DNA of 64,000 bases from Candidatus Woesearchaeota archaeon (GTDB taxonomy: Archaea; Nanobdellota; Nanobdellia; Woesearchaeales; ARS49), in the NCBI GenBank assembly GCA_003599055.1, contig QZIM01000002.1, positions 517-64,516 of the forward strand, read 5' to 3'. Below the pieces are notes generated by a model. The model saw only the letters and a list, made by a program, of their open reading frames with translations. It was not told where the DNA came from and did no database searches. Of the stretch, positions 10,301-20,373 are shown piece by piece. Every line of letters starts with the position of its first letter. The first letter of the stretch is position 1. The position numbers were made by a program, and so were the translations under genes.

Positions 10301-13300
10301 GCGTCCGCGGGAAGCTTGCTCATTCCGAACTTCACGCTGCCGGCGAGTGGAACGATTGGGCAGGAAAACCTGAGTATCAGGGCGAATTTCACGTTTGTAA
10401 ACGCATCGGCGTTGTCCTTCCTCAACGCATCCGCGCAAATCACGTTTGACAATTTGCCTTTTGTGAATCCTCGCCCGCTTGTTGATTTTGATGACGGCGG
10501 CGTGTTTGAGAAGTGCAGTGAGTATCCGGGGCAGTGTGATGAAGTGAGTTATAATGGTAGCACGTTCATATTTAATGTCAGCAGTTTCACAAGTTATGCG
10601 GCATCGGAAACAGTCCTTTCGTGTCCCGAGACAATTGTTGAGGACACGGTACTGAATCAGAGCCTGAATGCAACCGGTTCCTGCATTCACTTCGGCGCGG
10701 ACAATATTGAGCTTGACTGCGCGGGATTCTCGATTGATGCGTCCTTGGCTGATAACGGGACTGCGGTTAATGCAACGGGGCGCCGCAATGTGACTGTGCG
10801 CAACTGTGTGATTGTGCAAAGTAATTCGAGCAATGGTAATGCGCAGGGACTGTTGTTCTCGGACACGAACGACAGTTCTATTGTCAATACCACGATAAAT
10901 ATGACGGGGTTGAGTGCAAACGGGTTCACGTTTGATAACGCGTATGGCAACAGCATCGGGTTGCTCACGCTCTATAGTGTGAACACAGGGGGAGTTATCA
11001 CGTCGAATAGCGTGAATGCAAGCATTGAAAATTCGTTTCTGAATGCATCAGGCGGTGTTGCAATCAATGTTGGCAGCAGTTCGCCGTTTTTCACGATGCG
11101 TAATACGACTGCACGAAGCGGCTCAAATGGTCTTGTGATTACGGGCGGGTCGGAGAACGCGGTCATTGTGAACAATACGCTGGTCGGGTTAAGTGGCGGC
11201 ATAGGCATGCAGCTTGCGGATTCAAACACGCTTCTTGACGGGAATTTGTTCTACGGGGAGTCAGGAAACGCCTTGTTAATTAACAGCGGCTCAAATATCT
11301 CTATGCGAAATAATGTGCTTATTTCAACGGGGGCGGGAAATGTGCTCAGTGCGCAGGGGTCATCCAATTTATTTGTGAATAACACCGTAGTTGCGGACAC
11401 GGGAATCGCCCTGCGACTGCCTGCTACGTTTAATAATTCTTTTGCCAATATGACTGTTCAGGCAAATGGCGGAATTGCGGTCGGTGCAGAGGCAGGTGCG
11501 GAAAACAACTCTTTCACGAACGTGACGCTCCGTGCAAATGGGACTTGGGTTCAATCAGCGACAACTGCGGTAAATCAGTCATTTACACAGGCCCGCTTTG
11601 ACAATTTCAGTGCAGGGAACCTGTTTTTCGACAATTTCACTCTTCCGGGCGATTCTCTCGTCGGCCAATCAAATCTTTCGGTGGGAGCGAACACTACCTT
11701 CTTGAATTCGTCGCAGCTGCCTTTTCTGAACGTGTCCGCCCAAATCACGCTCCGTAGCCTGCCGTTCAATAATCCGCTCCCGCTCGTTGATGAAAACGAC
11801 ACAGGTGTCTTCTTGCCGTGTGACTCGTCAAGGTGCACGGTTATTTCAAGCGGTGCGGGAATCATTGTCTTTAATGTCACCGGTTTCACGAGTTACGCCG
11901 CAAGCGAGGGTGGGCTCGTGACGATTGTAAAAGAAGACAGCAGCGACCCGGTGAAGGCGGGCGCGCTGCTCAACTACACGCTCACGATTAATTCTACGCA
12001 AGGCAACCAATCGAATGCAACCGTGACCGAGTTCTACCCTGCGGAAGTGTCTTTTGTCTCCGCAAGTCCTGCACCGACAAGCGGCAATAACACGTTTTCA
12101 CTCGGAACGCTTGTTGAGGGTGTTGCGACAACAATTAACATCACGGTGCGCGTAGGCTACAGTGTTGCAAACGGAACCATTCTCAACAACACTGCGAACG
12201 TGTCTTTTGTGAATTCATCGGGAACAAACTTCTCTGCGGTTGTTTCCGAGTTCACAACAGTGCTCAATGAGTTTGCGAATGTTTCCGTTACAAAAGACGA
12301 CGTGCCTGACCCTGTTCCAAGAGGCGGAACGCTGAATTATACGGTTCTGCTCGTCAATAACGGCAATGTGAACGCATCGAACATTACGGTGGTTGAGTCG
12401 TACCCTGAGAATGTGTCTTTTGTGAGCTCAACGCCTGCGCCAACGAGCGGGAACAACACGTTTGTCATAGCGGAACTCGCGCCAAATGAGAATACGACGG
12501 TTAACATCACGCTTGCGGTGGGGACGGGTATTGGCAACGGGTCTGTCCTCAATAATTCTGTTTTGGTCACGTACGTGAACCAATCGGGCGATAACGCAAC
12601 CGCTCTTGCCGCCGCCCAAACAACGGTCCTTGGCGCGGCAAATGTTACGATAGCAAAGTCTGATGTGCCTGACCCGGTCTTGCAGGGCGAGCAGCTCAGC
12701 TATCAGTTGGTCGTGAACAATACGGGCGATGATGTTGCGGTTAATGTCACAATCACGGAAACCTATCCGCCGAACGTGTCGTTTGTCACAAGCAGTCCTC
12801 TTCCTGACACGGGCAACAATACGTTTATCGTCGGCAACTTGTCTCCGGGACAAACTGCGACAGTGAACATCACGCTGCTTGTGGGTCCTGCAGTAACGAA
12901 CGGCACGGTTCTCAATAATTCGGCAAATGCGTCGTGGGAGAACCGTACGGGCGATGTGGGTTCGGTCATTGCAAGTGAGTTGACAACCGTGCTCGGCCGG
13001 GCGAACCTTTCAACGAATAAGACTGCGAATGAGTCGTTTGTCATTCGCGGGAACACGGTGAATTTCACGATTGTCATCAATAATTCCGGTGATGACACGG
13101 CATTCAACCTGACGGTCACGGAAATTTATCCTGTGCAGGGGAGTTTTGTGTCGGCAAGTCCTGCTCCTTCGGCCGGAAATGCAACGTTCTCTTTGGGTGG
13201 CCTCGAGCCAAACGGCAGCGTAGTTGTTGAGATTTCGCTCAACCTGACGGGCGCAAACGGCACGCAGGTGCAAAACAGTTACAACGTGACGTTCCAGCGC

Positions 13301-14425
13301 AGAAATGGTTCAACAGTCAATCTCACAAATGCGTCAAGCGTGACGCTCCTGGGCTTCCCTGTTGTTGCAGTGGCAAAGACGGACAGCGCAGACCCGACGT
13401 CTGCGGGTGCAACGCTCAGATACGCGGTAACGGTGACAAATAACGGTGACGATATCGCGTACAACGTGACCGTGGTTGAAGGGTACCCGCTTAACGTGAC
13501 GCTGAACGGGACTGAGCCGAATGCGACAAGCGGGAATGACACGTTTGCTATCGGCAACCTGTTGCCGGGGCAGAGCTTCACAATGAATATTTCGGTAAAT
13601 GTGAGCAGTGCGATGGCGCTCGGTTCACTCAATAATTCAGTCAACGTTACGTTTGCGAATGCAAGCGGGGTCAATTTGACGCAAGCGGCATCGCAAATAA
13701 CTGCGGTGAGCCCGCCTGCGGCGCCGTTCGTTCAGGGTGGCGGGGGCGGTGGTGGCGGAGGTGCATCGGGTGTTTCGACAACGCAGTCAATGACGGGTTC
13801 AAGCTGGAGTTCAGCGTACCTGCGCGCGGGCGATAAGGTGAAGTTCACGGCAAATGATGCGATTGAGCACACGATGACGGTGCTTACGGTGCTCACGGAC
13901 CGCGTGACAATTCGGGTCGCAAGCGTTCCGCAGGAATTCACAATTAAAAAAGGAGTTGTGCAGGCAGTTGACGTGACGGGCGATGGTAAGGATGATGTGC
14001 GCATTTCCGTTGTAGACATTGCGTACAGTAAGGCGCTTTTCCATTTGGAGAAGGCCGCGTTCTCGCCGGCAGTTGTGCGCGATGCAGTTCCTGCTCCTGT
14101 GCCAAGCCCTGCGCCGGCGGTAGGGCAAAAAGAGGAAGCTCCTTTGGTTCAGCCGGCCCCGCAGGAGCGGGAGGAGTTTACCGCGGTTGTTCCTCAAGGG
14201 GAGAGTGAGGGGTCAGGCGGCATAGGTAAGTGGGTTGTGTCCGCAATTGTTGTTCTTGCAATTGCAGGGGTTCTTGTGGCTGCAGTCCGGTTGAGAAAGC
14301 CAAAAGAGCCGGATGCGCTTGCAAGTGCGCAGGAGATTGAGGCAGCGTTCAGGGATATGAAGTCCGGTATGAAAGAGAGTATGCAGCTTGTGCGCAAGGC
14401 AGAGCGGTCGGAAAGGAAGAAGTAA
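7391..14425 (+). CDS. giant surface protein: subtilisin-like protease + 2 parallel beta-helix cassettes + 5 DUF11-like repeats + C-terminal anchor module
   Basis: Start set at ATG 7391 (MSKRGGLTFTALAILLVV), because the upstream ORF part overlaps the divergent gene. S8 triad motifs: VCVIDTGIDTSH (about 8160), NNHGTHVSGIA (about 8290), SGTSQATPHVSGV (about 8795). Beta-helix cassettes lie at about 9290-10608 and 10609-11908. Five repeats of about 120 aa (..LNYT..N.G...A.NVTV.E.YP..VSFVS.SPAPTSGNNTF) lie at about 11909-13715. Then a Gly9 run, a roughly 85-aa domain, a P/A-rich linker, a TM helix and a basic tail. Confidence 0.85.
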   Translation: MSKRGGLTFTALAILLVVTVSLSVVSQESGSEANVSELNFFDLNSSDAVVSQANESLAGSDAPVGSDEGSTTVADSARAGAAEANGSSGLIEPQPRTQHLVRKVVSDARIHAGAVAQVQSEGSASVIVLLADVDSGRSASAQGVAVSRERAGRAKQAFRESLAGKGISDASVSIEQELYTVGAVAMTVDEAGLAALQENPLVARVLPNGKRSISRGTISDAGISLNESAPVINSDDVANLTVNGSNLTGHGEIVCVIDTGIDTSHLLFGPVIEASNIVGGIFGGYDFVNNDTNASDDNNHGTHVSGIAVGNFSPYFGTARNAQVVPVKVCDAAGSCPDFAILAGVDYCNNNISGVTVISGSLGGGAPLNSSTCSGDPLFASLEVVLNESLNNGIIPVFASGNNGCGAGCTTGVDYPACSPQVISVGSTTKADAISTFTDRGGDRFDIYAPGQSITSSVPTFNAIQSVSGTSQATPHVSGVIAVLQQNERLQGRARLNLTTIRRLLQETGVPIPSNDSRVDVLHAIARLNANFSLNQTANLVRDVASNSSIQFYSASDLGQVLGCVEVRENFAGVNSTDCPQYNKSAHVVLGGVTNPAQPYVDGAPCPLTVCQNVTLTSKGLEMDVTGFSNFTSVPGCGIMINESASLNQSINATATCITFGADNIELDCNGFTIGYANESLGYGINATGRKNITIRNCVVNQSSPINNAHAIFLSGTNNSVITNASLNVTQSPGQAVYIEGSEEVVVGQSRFGSAAQGNGVYVTGSENVTVRDNNFISAGQAIGFDSSVRLVAVNNSASIIGNSIALAAGGLNQGSLIENNSISGNQNRALFFSGGNAVARNNVLVSQSLGDAVELNEVDGNVTLEHNVIYAQGTGQALYLRDANSSRFVNNTVRGPGGGALLIIDGALNVFENSSFATDSGTATVYFSTLAGSVVNNTFTNITLESNGSYIRSDAAGAGNNFTAARFFNASAGSLLIPNFTLPASGTIGQENLSIRANFTFVNASALSFLNASAQITFDNLPFVNPRPLVDFDDGGVFEKCSEYPGQCDEVSYNGSTFIFNVSSFTSYAASETVLSCPETIVEDTVLNQSLNATGSCIHFGADNIELDCAGFSIDASLADNGTAVNATGRRNVTVRNCVIVQSNSSNGNAQGLLFSDTNDSSIVNTTINMTGLSANGFTFDNAYGNSIGLLTLYSVNTGGVITSNSVNASIENSFLNASGGVAINVGSSSPFFTMRNTTARSGSNGLVITGGSENAVIVNNTLVGLSGGIGMQLADSNTLLDGNLFYGESGNALLINSGSNISMRNNVLISTGAGNVLSAQGSSNLFVNNTVVADTGIALRLPATFNNSFANMTVQANGGIAVGAEAGAENNSFTNVTLRANGTWVQSATTAVNQSFTQARFDNFSAGNLFFDNFTLPGDSLVGQSNLSVGANTTFLNSSQLPFLNVSAQITLRSLPFNNPLPLVDENDTGVFLPCDSSRCTVISSGAGIIVFNVTGFTSYAASEGGLVTIVKEDSSDPVKAGALLNYTLTINSTQGNQSNATVTEFYPAEVSFVSASPAPTSGNNTFSLGTLVEGVATTINITVRVGYSVANGTILNNTANVSFVNSSGTNFSAVVSEFTTVLNEFANVSVTKDDVPDPVPRGGTLNYTVLLVNNGNVNASNITVVESYPENVSFVSSTPAPTSGNNTFVIAELAPNENTTVNITLAVGTGIGNGSVLNNSVLVTYVNQSGDNATALAAAQTTVLGAANVTIAKSDVPDPVLQGEQLSYQLVVNNTGDDVAVNVTITETYPPNVSFVTSSPLPDTGNNTFIVGNLSPGQTATVNITLLVGPAVTNGTVLNNSANASWENRTGDVGSVIASELTTVLGRANLSTNKTANESFVIRGNTVNFTIVINNSGDDTAFNLTVTEIYPVQGSFVSASPAPSAGNATFSLGGLEPNGSVVVEISLNLTGANGTQVQNSYNVTFQRRNGSTVNLTNASSVTLLGFPVVAVAKTDSADPTSAGATLRYAVTVTNNGDDIAYNVTVVEGYPLNVTLNGTEPNATSGNDTFAIGNLLPGQSFTMNISVNVSSAMALGSLNNSVNVTFANASGVNLTQAASQITAVSPPAAPFVQGGGGGGGGGASGVSTTQSMTGSSWSSAYLRAGDKVKFTANDAIEHTMTVLTVLTDRVTIRVASVPQEFTIKKGVVQAVDVTGDGKDDVRISVVDIAYSKALFHLEKAAFSPAVVRDAVPAPVPSPAPAVGQKEEAPLVQPAPQEREEFTAVVPQGESEGSGGIGKWVVSAIVVLAIAGVLVAAVRLRKPKEPDALASAQEIEAAFRDMKSGMKESMQLVRKAERSERKK

Positions 14426-14426
14426 G

Positions 14427-14435
14427 TTTTTTTTT
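14427..14435 (+). terminator. T9 tract after the stop of the giant gene
   Basis: TAA at 14423-14425 is followed by G then nine T. Confidence 0.5.
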
Positions 14436-14486
14436 GGGGGGAGTTTTTGGGAATGATGCGGTTCTTGTGTGTTTCAGGGAATAACC

Positions 14487-14494
14487 TTTAAATA
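14487..14494 (+). promoter_or_regulatory. TATA-like box (TTTAAATA) upstream of the tRNA-Leu leader
   Basis: Matches the TTTAAA(T/A)A element seen about 25-30 nt upstream of many genes in this window. It lies about 30 nt upstream of 14521, not of the tRNA body at 14616. Confidence 0.45.
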
Positions 14495-14520
14495 GTGCCC
14501 GTGGGGATTCGCATTCTTGC

Positions 14521-14569
14521 GCGGCGGTACCGATTGCGGCAATTGCGATTGCCGGACGCGTTACCGCCG
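14521..14569 (+). other. leader hairpin containing an exact 13-nt copy of the tRNA-Leu 5' end
   Basis: GCGGCGGTACCGA at 14521-14533 is identical to 14616-14628. CGGCGGTA (14522-14529) pairs with TACCGCCG (14562-14569). Inner hairpin CGGCAAT-TGCG-ATTGCCG. Confidence 0.7.
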
Positions 14570-14615
14570 AGGAGAACGCGCACTGGAATGTAGTACGTTT
14601 CAGTGCTTCACACAC

Positions 14616-14712
14616 GCGGCGGTACCGAAGCGGTTAAACGGGCTGGCTTCAGGACATTTGTGAAAAAGCCAGTTGCTTAGTGCATGCGCAGGTTCGAATC
14701 CTGCCCGCCGCA
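14616..14712 (+). tRNA. tRNA-Leu(CAG), class II, 13-nt intron at 37/38
   Basis: Acceptor GCGGCGG/CCGCCGC. Anticodon stem CTGGC/GCCAG encloses TTCAGG-[ACATTTGTGAAAA]-A. Long variable arm. T arm GCAGG-TTCGAAT-CCTGC. Discriminator A. Confidence 0.85.
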
Positions 14713-14758
14713 TATGTTTTAGTTCTTGATGCTTCGCATTGGCAGTTCTCGGTGATGT

Positions 14759-14863
14759 GCGGGCAGGATTCGAACGTTCCAAAAATCCACTCGCTTTGCT
14801 CGTGAATTTTCGGAAACTTTTCCTTCGCTGCGCTTCGGAAAAGTAATCCTGCCCGCCGCATAT
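14759..14863 (+). repeat. tRNA-Leu-derived inverted-repeat element 1
   Basis: 14759-14775 is the reverse complement of tRNA 14692-14708 (17/17). 14845-14863 equals tRNA 14697-14715 (19/19, including 3 trailer nt). A 12-bp closing stem (14759-14770 with 14845-14856) surrounds two inner hairpins: 14777-14815 (imperfect) and ACTTTTCC-13-GGAAAAGT (14816-14844). Confidence 0.85.
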
Positions 14864-14911
14864 CGCTTTGAGTTGTAAGCACGGAGTGCAGTTTTTTTAC
14901 GGTGCGCTAAG

Positions 14912-14958
14912 GCGGGAAGGTAGAAAAATCTCGGATTTTTCGTATCTGCCCGCCGCAT
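14912..14958 (+). repeat. tRNA-Leu-derived inverted-repeat element 2
   Basis: CTGCCCGCCGCAT at 14946-14958 is an exact copy of the tRNA 3' end. GCGGGAAGGTA (14912-14922) pairs imperfectly with GTATCTGCCCGC (14942-14953). Inner hairpin GAAAAATC-TCG-GATTTTTC (14923-14941). Confidence 0.75.
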
Positions 14959-14968
14959 CTCTTTTGAA

Positions 14969-15469
14969 TTACCCAACCACAAACATATCTTTTGCAAGGA
15001 CTAAGCTGATGACTGCTTTGCCGTAGATTTCAATGTACAAATATTTTGTCGGGTGGTCGTCTCCGATTTTGCCGCGCAGGAGCGGGGTGATTGCGGCAGT
15101 TACTTCTTCTGCGCTCAGCGCGCTTTTGTTTTGCGTGTAGCATATTTGGACGGTGTCGTTATCGGTGACGACGTCCTGTACTTCTTCGCGGACGGTTCGG
15201 CGTATCATTTCAAGGGTGGGTTCGCACCAGTGGTCTGCGGGGAGCCATTGTTTGCTTGCCTTAAAGAGGTCGGGGTTCCCAACGAAGAGGTCTTTTGCTT
15301 CTTCGATTGCTTTGCGCGCGTCAAGCTTGGTTGCAACGCCCATAATGCCGGGGGCGAGGAGTTCTTGTTCTGCTTTTTGGTCGCCGATTTTGGTGAGGGT
15401 TGCGTGGACTTCTCCTTTGGTGTAAAGGTAGCCTGCGTTGCCGTATTTGACGATGATGTTGGGTTCCAC
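14969..15469 (-). CDS. hypothetical protein
   Basis: 166-aa ORF with normal composition and a GTG start. A TTTAAAAAGG box on the coding strand sits about 26 nt upstream. No family recognised. Confidence 0.55.
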   Translation of the reverse strand: MEPNIIVKYGNAGYLYTKGEVHATLTKIGDQKAEQELLAPGIMGVATKLDARKAIEEAKDLFVGNPDLFKASKQWLPADHWCEPTLEMIRRTVREEVQDVVTDNDTVQICYTQNKSALSAEEVTAAITPLLRGKIGDDHPTKYLYIEIYGKAVISLVLAKDMFVVG

Positions 15470-15564
15470 AAGTTGTTGTTTTGAGAGTCCTTTTTAAAGC
15501 TTATTCTCGCCACAACCAATAAACTTATAAATTATATAATTTCTGGGGCTATTTGGTGAGTGGA

Positions 15565-16017
15565 ATGGAACAACTAACAATAAATGAACAGTCATTGGCG
15601 GCCCAAGGGTGGGCAGGTATGCGTGCGCTTTTGGGCGCGTACGAGGGAGTAAAGCACCTTCTTGTTGAGCCTGAGTATTGCCTTGGCATTCTTGCGGCAG
15701 ACATTCGCGAGGAGAATGCGCAAAAAGGCGCGCGCCCGCTTGAATTTGCAGGGAGCGAGACGGTTGAGCACTGGGAAGGCCACTATTTGAGTCTTGTCGC
15801 GGCATCTCTTGACGGGCTTGCAAAGGCGCAAAGAAGTGCGGGTCCGGTGAATATGTATGGAATTCGTGCACGCGCTTTGAAGAGCTTGAAGCCGTTTATG
15901 GACGGTTCATTCCCGCTGGATGGCCGAAGCGGTCTTGAATACCGGGCGGAAATGGAATCGCTCGGTGAAGAGTATTCGGAATTCTTGCGCTCAGAGCGCC
16001 AATATCACGGCGAATAA
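15565..16017 (+). CDS. hypothetical protein
   Basis: ATG 15565 (MEQLTINEQ...) lies about 30 nt downstream of the AT-rich box CTTATAAATTATATAA. No family recognised. Confidence 0.5.
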   Translation: MEQLTINEQSLAAQGWAGMRALLGAYEGVKHLLVEPEYCLGILAADIREENAQKGARPLEFAGSETVEHWEGHYLSLVAASLDGLAKAQRSAGPVNMYGIRARALKSLKPFMDGSFPLDGRSGLEYRAEMESLGEEYSEFLRSERQYHGE

Positions 16018-16020
16018 TTC

Positions 16021-16028
16021 TTTTTTTT
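16021..16028. terminator. T8 tract between convergent genes
   Basis: TTTTTTTT at 16021-16028, followed by CTTTTTT, lies between the stop at 16017 (+) and the stop at 16044 (-). Confidence 0.4.
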
Positions 16029-16043
16029 CCTTTCAACTTTTTT

Positions 16044-16814
16044 CTAGCACTGTGCCCAGGCCTTGAGCCGGCCGAGTTCTATTGCGCCAAAGAGGCGTTC
16101 TCCGTCTCCGCGAACCCACGTTGGGTATCCCTTGATTCCTGCATCTTTGCACGCCTGGACTTGCTCATTGGGGTTGCTTGGGAGTGCGCATTCGACGTAA
16201 TTGAGAGAGTCAAATGCTGCGCCGAACAGGTTTTTTTGTTCTTTGCAGTGCGGGCACCAGAATGCGCCGTACATCGTGACGTTTTTTTCAGTGAGGCATT
16301 TGGCAAGCGCAAGGGTTGTGGGGTCGGGTGTTGCCTGTACTGCGACAAGGAAGGGGACAAAGAAGAGTGCTGCGGCAACCGCGCCGGTTTTGGCAGCCCA
16401 GTTTTTGCGCTCACCAAAGAGCGAGTATGCGGCAACGAAAAAGACGCCGAGCATAAGCGCGTGGCTCATTTCGCACCAAAAGCAGATGTTTTCAAGCCGT
16501 ACGAGCATAATCGCGTTAAAGTAGCCTGCAGCGGCAACGCCGAGCGCGGACAATCCTAACATCGGCCAAAGTGACCGCGCAGCGCGGTAGTGCTGGATGG
16601 CAAAATAGAGGAGCAAAACCCAAACAATGAATCCGAGGAGTGCGACGGGTGCGGGCCCGAGTTTGGCGTAGGTGCTTGTGGTTGCTATGGCGCACCCGCT
16701 GGCACCGAAGATAGGGCAGACCGGGTCAACGCCGCGCAGGTGTGTGATGGTCAGATAGAGCGTGATGAGTTTTCCCGCCAAAGCCATTCCGATGAGGGTG
16801 AGTTTTCGCTTCAT
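16044..16814 (-). CDS. vitamin K epoxide reductase (VKOR) fused to a thioredoxin-like domain
   Basis: 256 aa with 4-5 TM helices, loop cysteines CPIFGASGC and a TM CxxC (CFWC). The C-terminal Trx-like part carries WCPHC. Confidence 0.8.
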   Translation of the reverse strand: MKRKLTLIGMALAGKLITLYLTITHLRGVDPVCPIFGASGCAIATTSTYAKLGPAPVALLGFIVWVLLLYFAIQHYRAARSLWPMLGLSALGVAAAGYFNAIMLVRLENICFWCEMSHALMLGVFFVAAYSLFGERKNWAAKTGAVAAALFFVPFLVAVQATPDPTTLALAKCLTEKNVTMYGAFWCPHCKEQKNLFGAAFDSLNYVECALPSNPNEQVQACKDAGIKGYPTWVRGDGERLFGAIELGRLKAWAQC

Positions 16815-16833
16815 TGGGCGCGCTCCGTTTTGT

Positions 16834-17403
16834 TCATTTATAAGCCTTCTGCGCGATTACTTTGAAGCGGTACCTGCCGGAAAGCCAGTTCACGCGAAAG
16901 CCGTTTTTCTCAAGTTCGCGCACGAATTCTTTTCGTGAAAAGATGCCGTCGGTTGGCAAAAAGAAGTGCTGGAGTTTGGGAAACGGCCTGAGTTCAAGGT
17001 CTTCAACATAGAGGTTGCCTCCGGGCTTAAGGACGCGGGCGGCTTCCTTGAGCGCCTGCTTCCATTTGCCGATGTGGTGAAAGGTGAGAAATGCAAAGAA
17101 TGCGTCGGCAAAAGCATCGGTGTAGGGGAGTGCGGCGGCATCTGCCTTCCGGATGCGCGCTTTTTTTCCGAGCCTTTTTTGCGCAATGCGCACTTGCGCG
17201 GGGTCGAAATCGCTTGCCTCGATTTTGGCAAAGGGGATGGTTTTGGCAATTTGTTCGGTGGTGATGCCGATGCCGCAGCCGATTTCAATGACTGTTCCTT
17301 TTGTCGGCAAAACTCGGGCGAGTATGCCGCGCATAGTTGCTTTTCGCCAAAGCGACCAGATGCGGCTGTTCACAAAACGTTTTTCCGCAAGGGACATTTT
17401 CAT
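16834..17403 (-). CDS. class I SAM-dependent methyltransferase
   Basis: Motif I VIEIGCGIGITT and post-I ASDFD. ATG 17403 lies just after the gyrB stop. Confidence 0.8.
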   Translation of the reverse strand: MKMSLAEKRFVNSRIWSLWRKATMRGILARVLPTKGTVIEIGCGIGITTEQIAKTIPFAKIEASDFDPAQVRIAQKRLGKKARIRKADAAALPYTDAFADAFFAFLTFHHIGKWKQALKEAARVLKPGGNLYVEDLELRPFPKLQHFFLPTDGIFSRKEFVRELEKNGFRVNWLSGRYRFKVIAQKAYK

Positions 17404-17405
17404 GT

Positions 17406-19436
<2,031 letters not shown>

Positions 19437-20321
19437 TCAAATCTTCGTCAAAACTTCCGTTTTTTCCCCGATATACAGCGTCTTCTCAAAGACTGCTACA
19501 GGGGCGCCACTTTTTTCAACAAGCGGGGGGTAAGCGTGAAGTACTCCGCTGCGCATGAGCTCATTTATTGCAAGGTTTGTTTTCCCGACGCCGAATTTGG
19601 CGATTATCCATCTGCTGCAAAAGGGAAGCCCGCCGTAGTTCTGCTCAACAAATTGCATGATTTCGCGTGCAAACGGTGACCGGACGGGTTTTTTGTTCTG
19701 AAGCGCAAAGATGTTTGCCTGTTCTGCTTCTTGAACCAGTCCTGCGCCGGTGGTTGAGAATGGCTCAATGGCAATGATTTGGTCGCCGGTAAGCGTTCGC
19801 TTGTCGGCAGTATCGTAATTAGGCACGCTGGGCTTATCGTGAATCACCCAAGGCGAAATGCCGTGTCCTGACAAGTTCCGCACGGGAACCGCGCCGTTTT
19901 TCAAAATCGCTTCTTGTATCGCGCGTCCGATTTCGCCCAATGCAACGCCTTTGCGCGCGGTCTTTATCGCGGCATCAAGCGCCTGTGAGCTTGCCTTAAT
20001 CAGGTGCCCGTATTTTCCGCTTAAGTCTACAGAGCAGGCGTTGTCTCCGACGCACCCGTCAATATGTGCGCCGACGTCCAAACAAACTAAGTTATTTTCA
20101 AAGACTGCGTCATCGTCGTGGTCTGAGGTAAAGTGCGCGGCAACGGAGTCAAGCCCGATTTGTGACGGCCAGGCAGGCAAAGCGCCAAGGTCAACAATTT
20201 TCTCATCAATTTTGTCACACACTTCACGAATGACTGCGCCGTTCTTAATCAGTTTTCGCCCGAACTCAAGCGCTTCCGCAGCAATGCGTCCCGCATCTCG
20301 CCATTTCTCGAGATTTTCCAT
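19437..20321 (-). CDS. map: methionine aminopeptidase, type 2
   Basis: 294 aa. Pita-bread metal ligands in D..G.H.DG, GHG and EPF contexts. Archaeal-type C-terminal insertion. Confidence 0.88.
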   Translation of the reverse strand: MENLEKWRDAGRIAAEALEFGRKLIKNGAVIREVCDKIDEKIVDLGALPAWPSQIGLDSVAAHFTSDHDDDAVFENNLVCLDVGAHIDGCVGDNACSVDLSGKYGHLIKASSQALDAAIKTARKGVALGEIGRAIQEAILKNGAVPVRNLSGHGISPWVIHDKPSVPNYDTADKRTLTGDQIIAIEPFSTTGAGLVQEAEQANIFALQNKKPVRSPFAREIMQFVEQNYGGLPFCSRWIIAKFGVGKTNLAINELMRSGVLHAYPPLVEKSGAPVAVFEKTLYIGEKTEVLTKI

Positions 20322-20373
20322 ACGGGGGAGTCGTACAAGAAAGCTTAAAAACTTATGTGATTTTTATTGTGGT

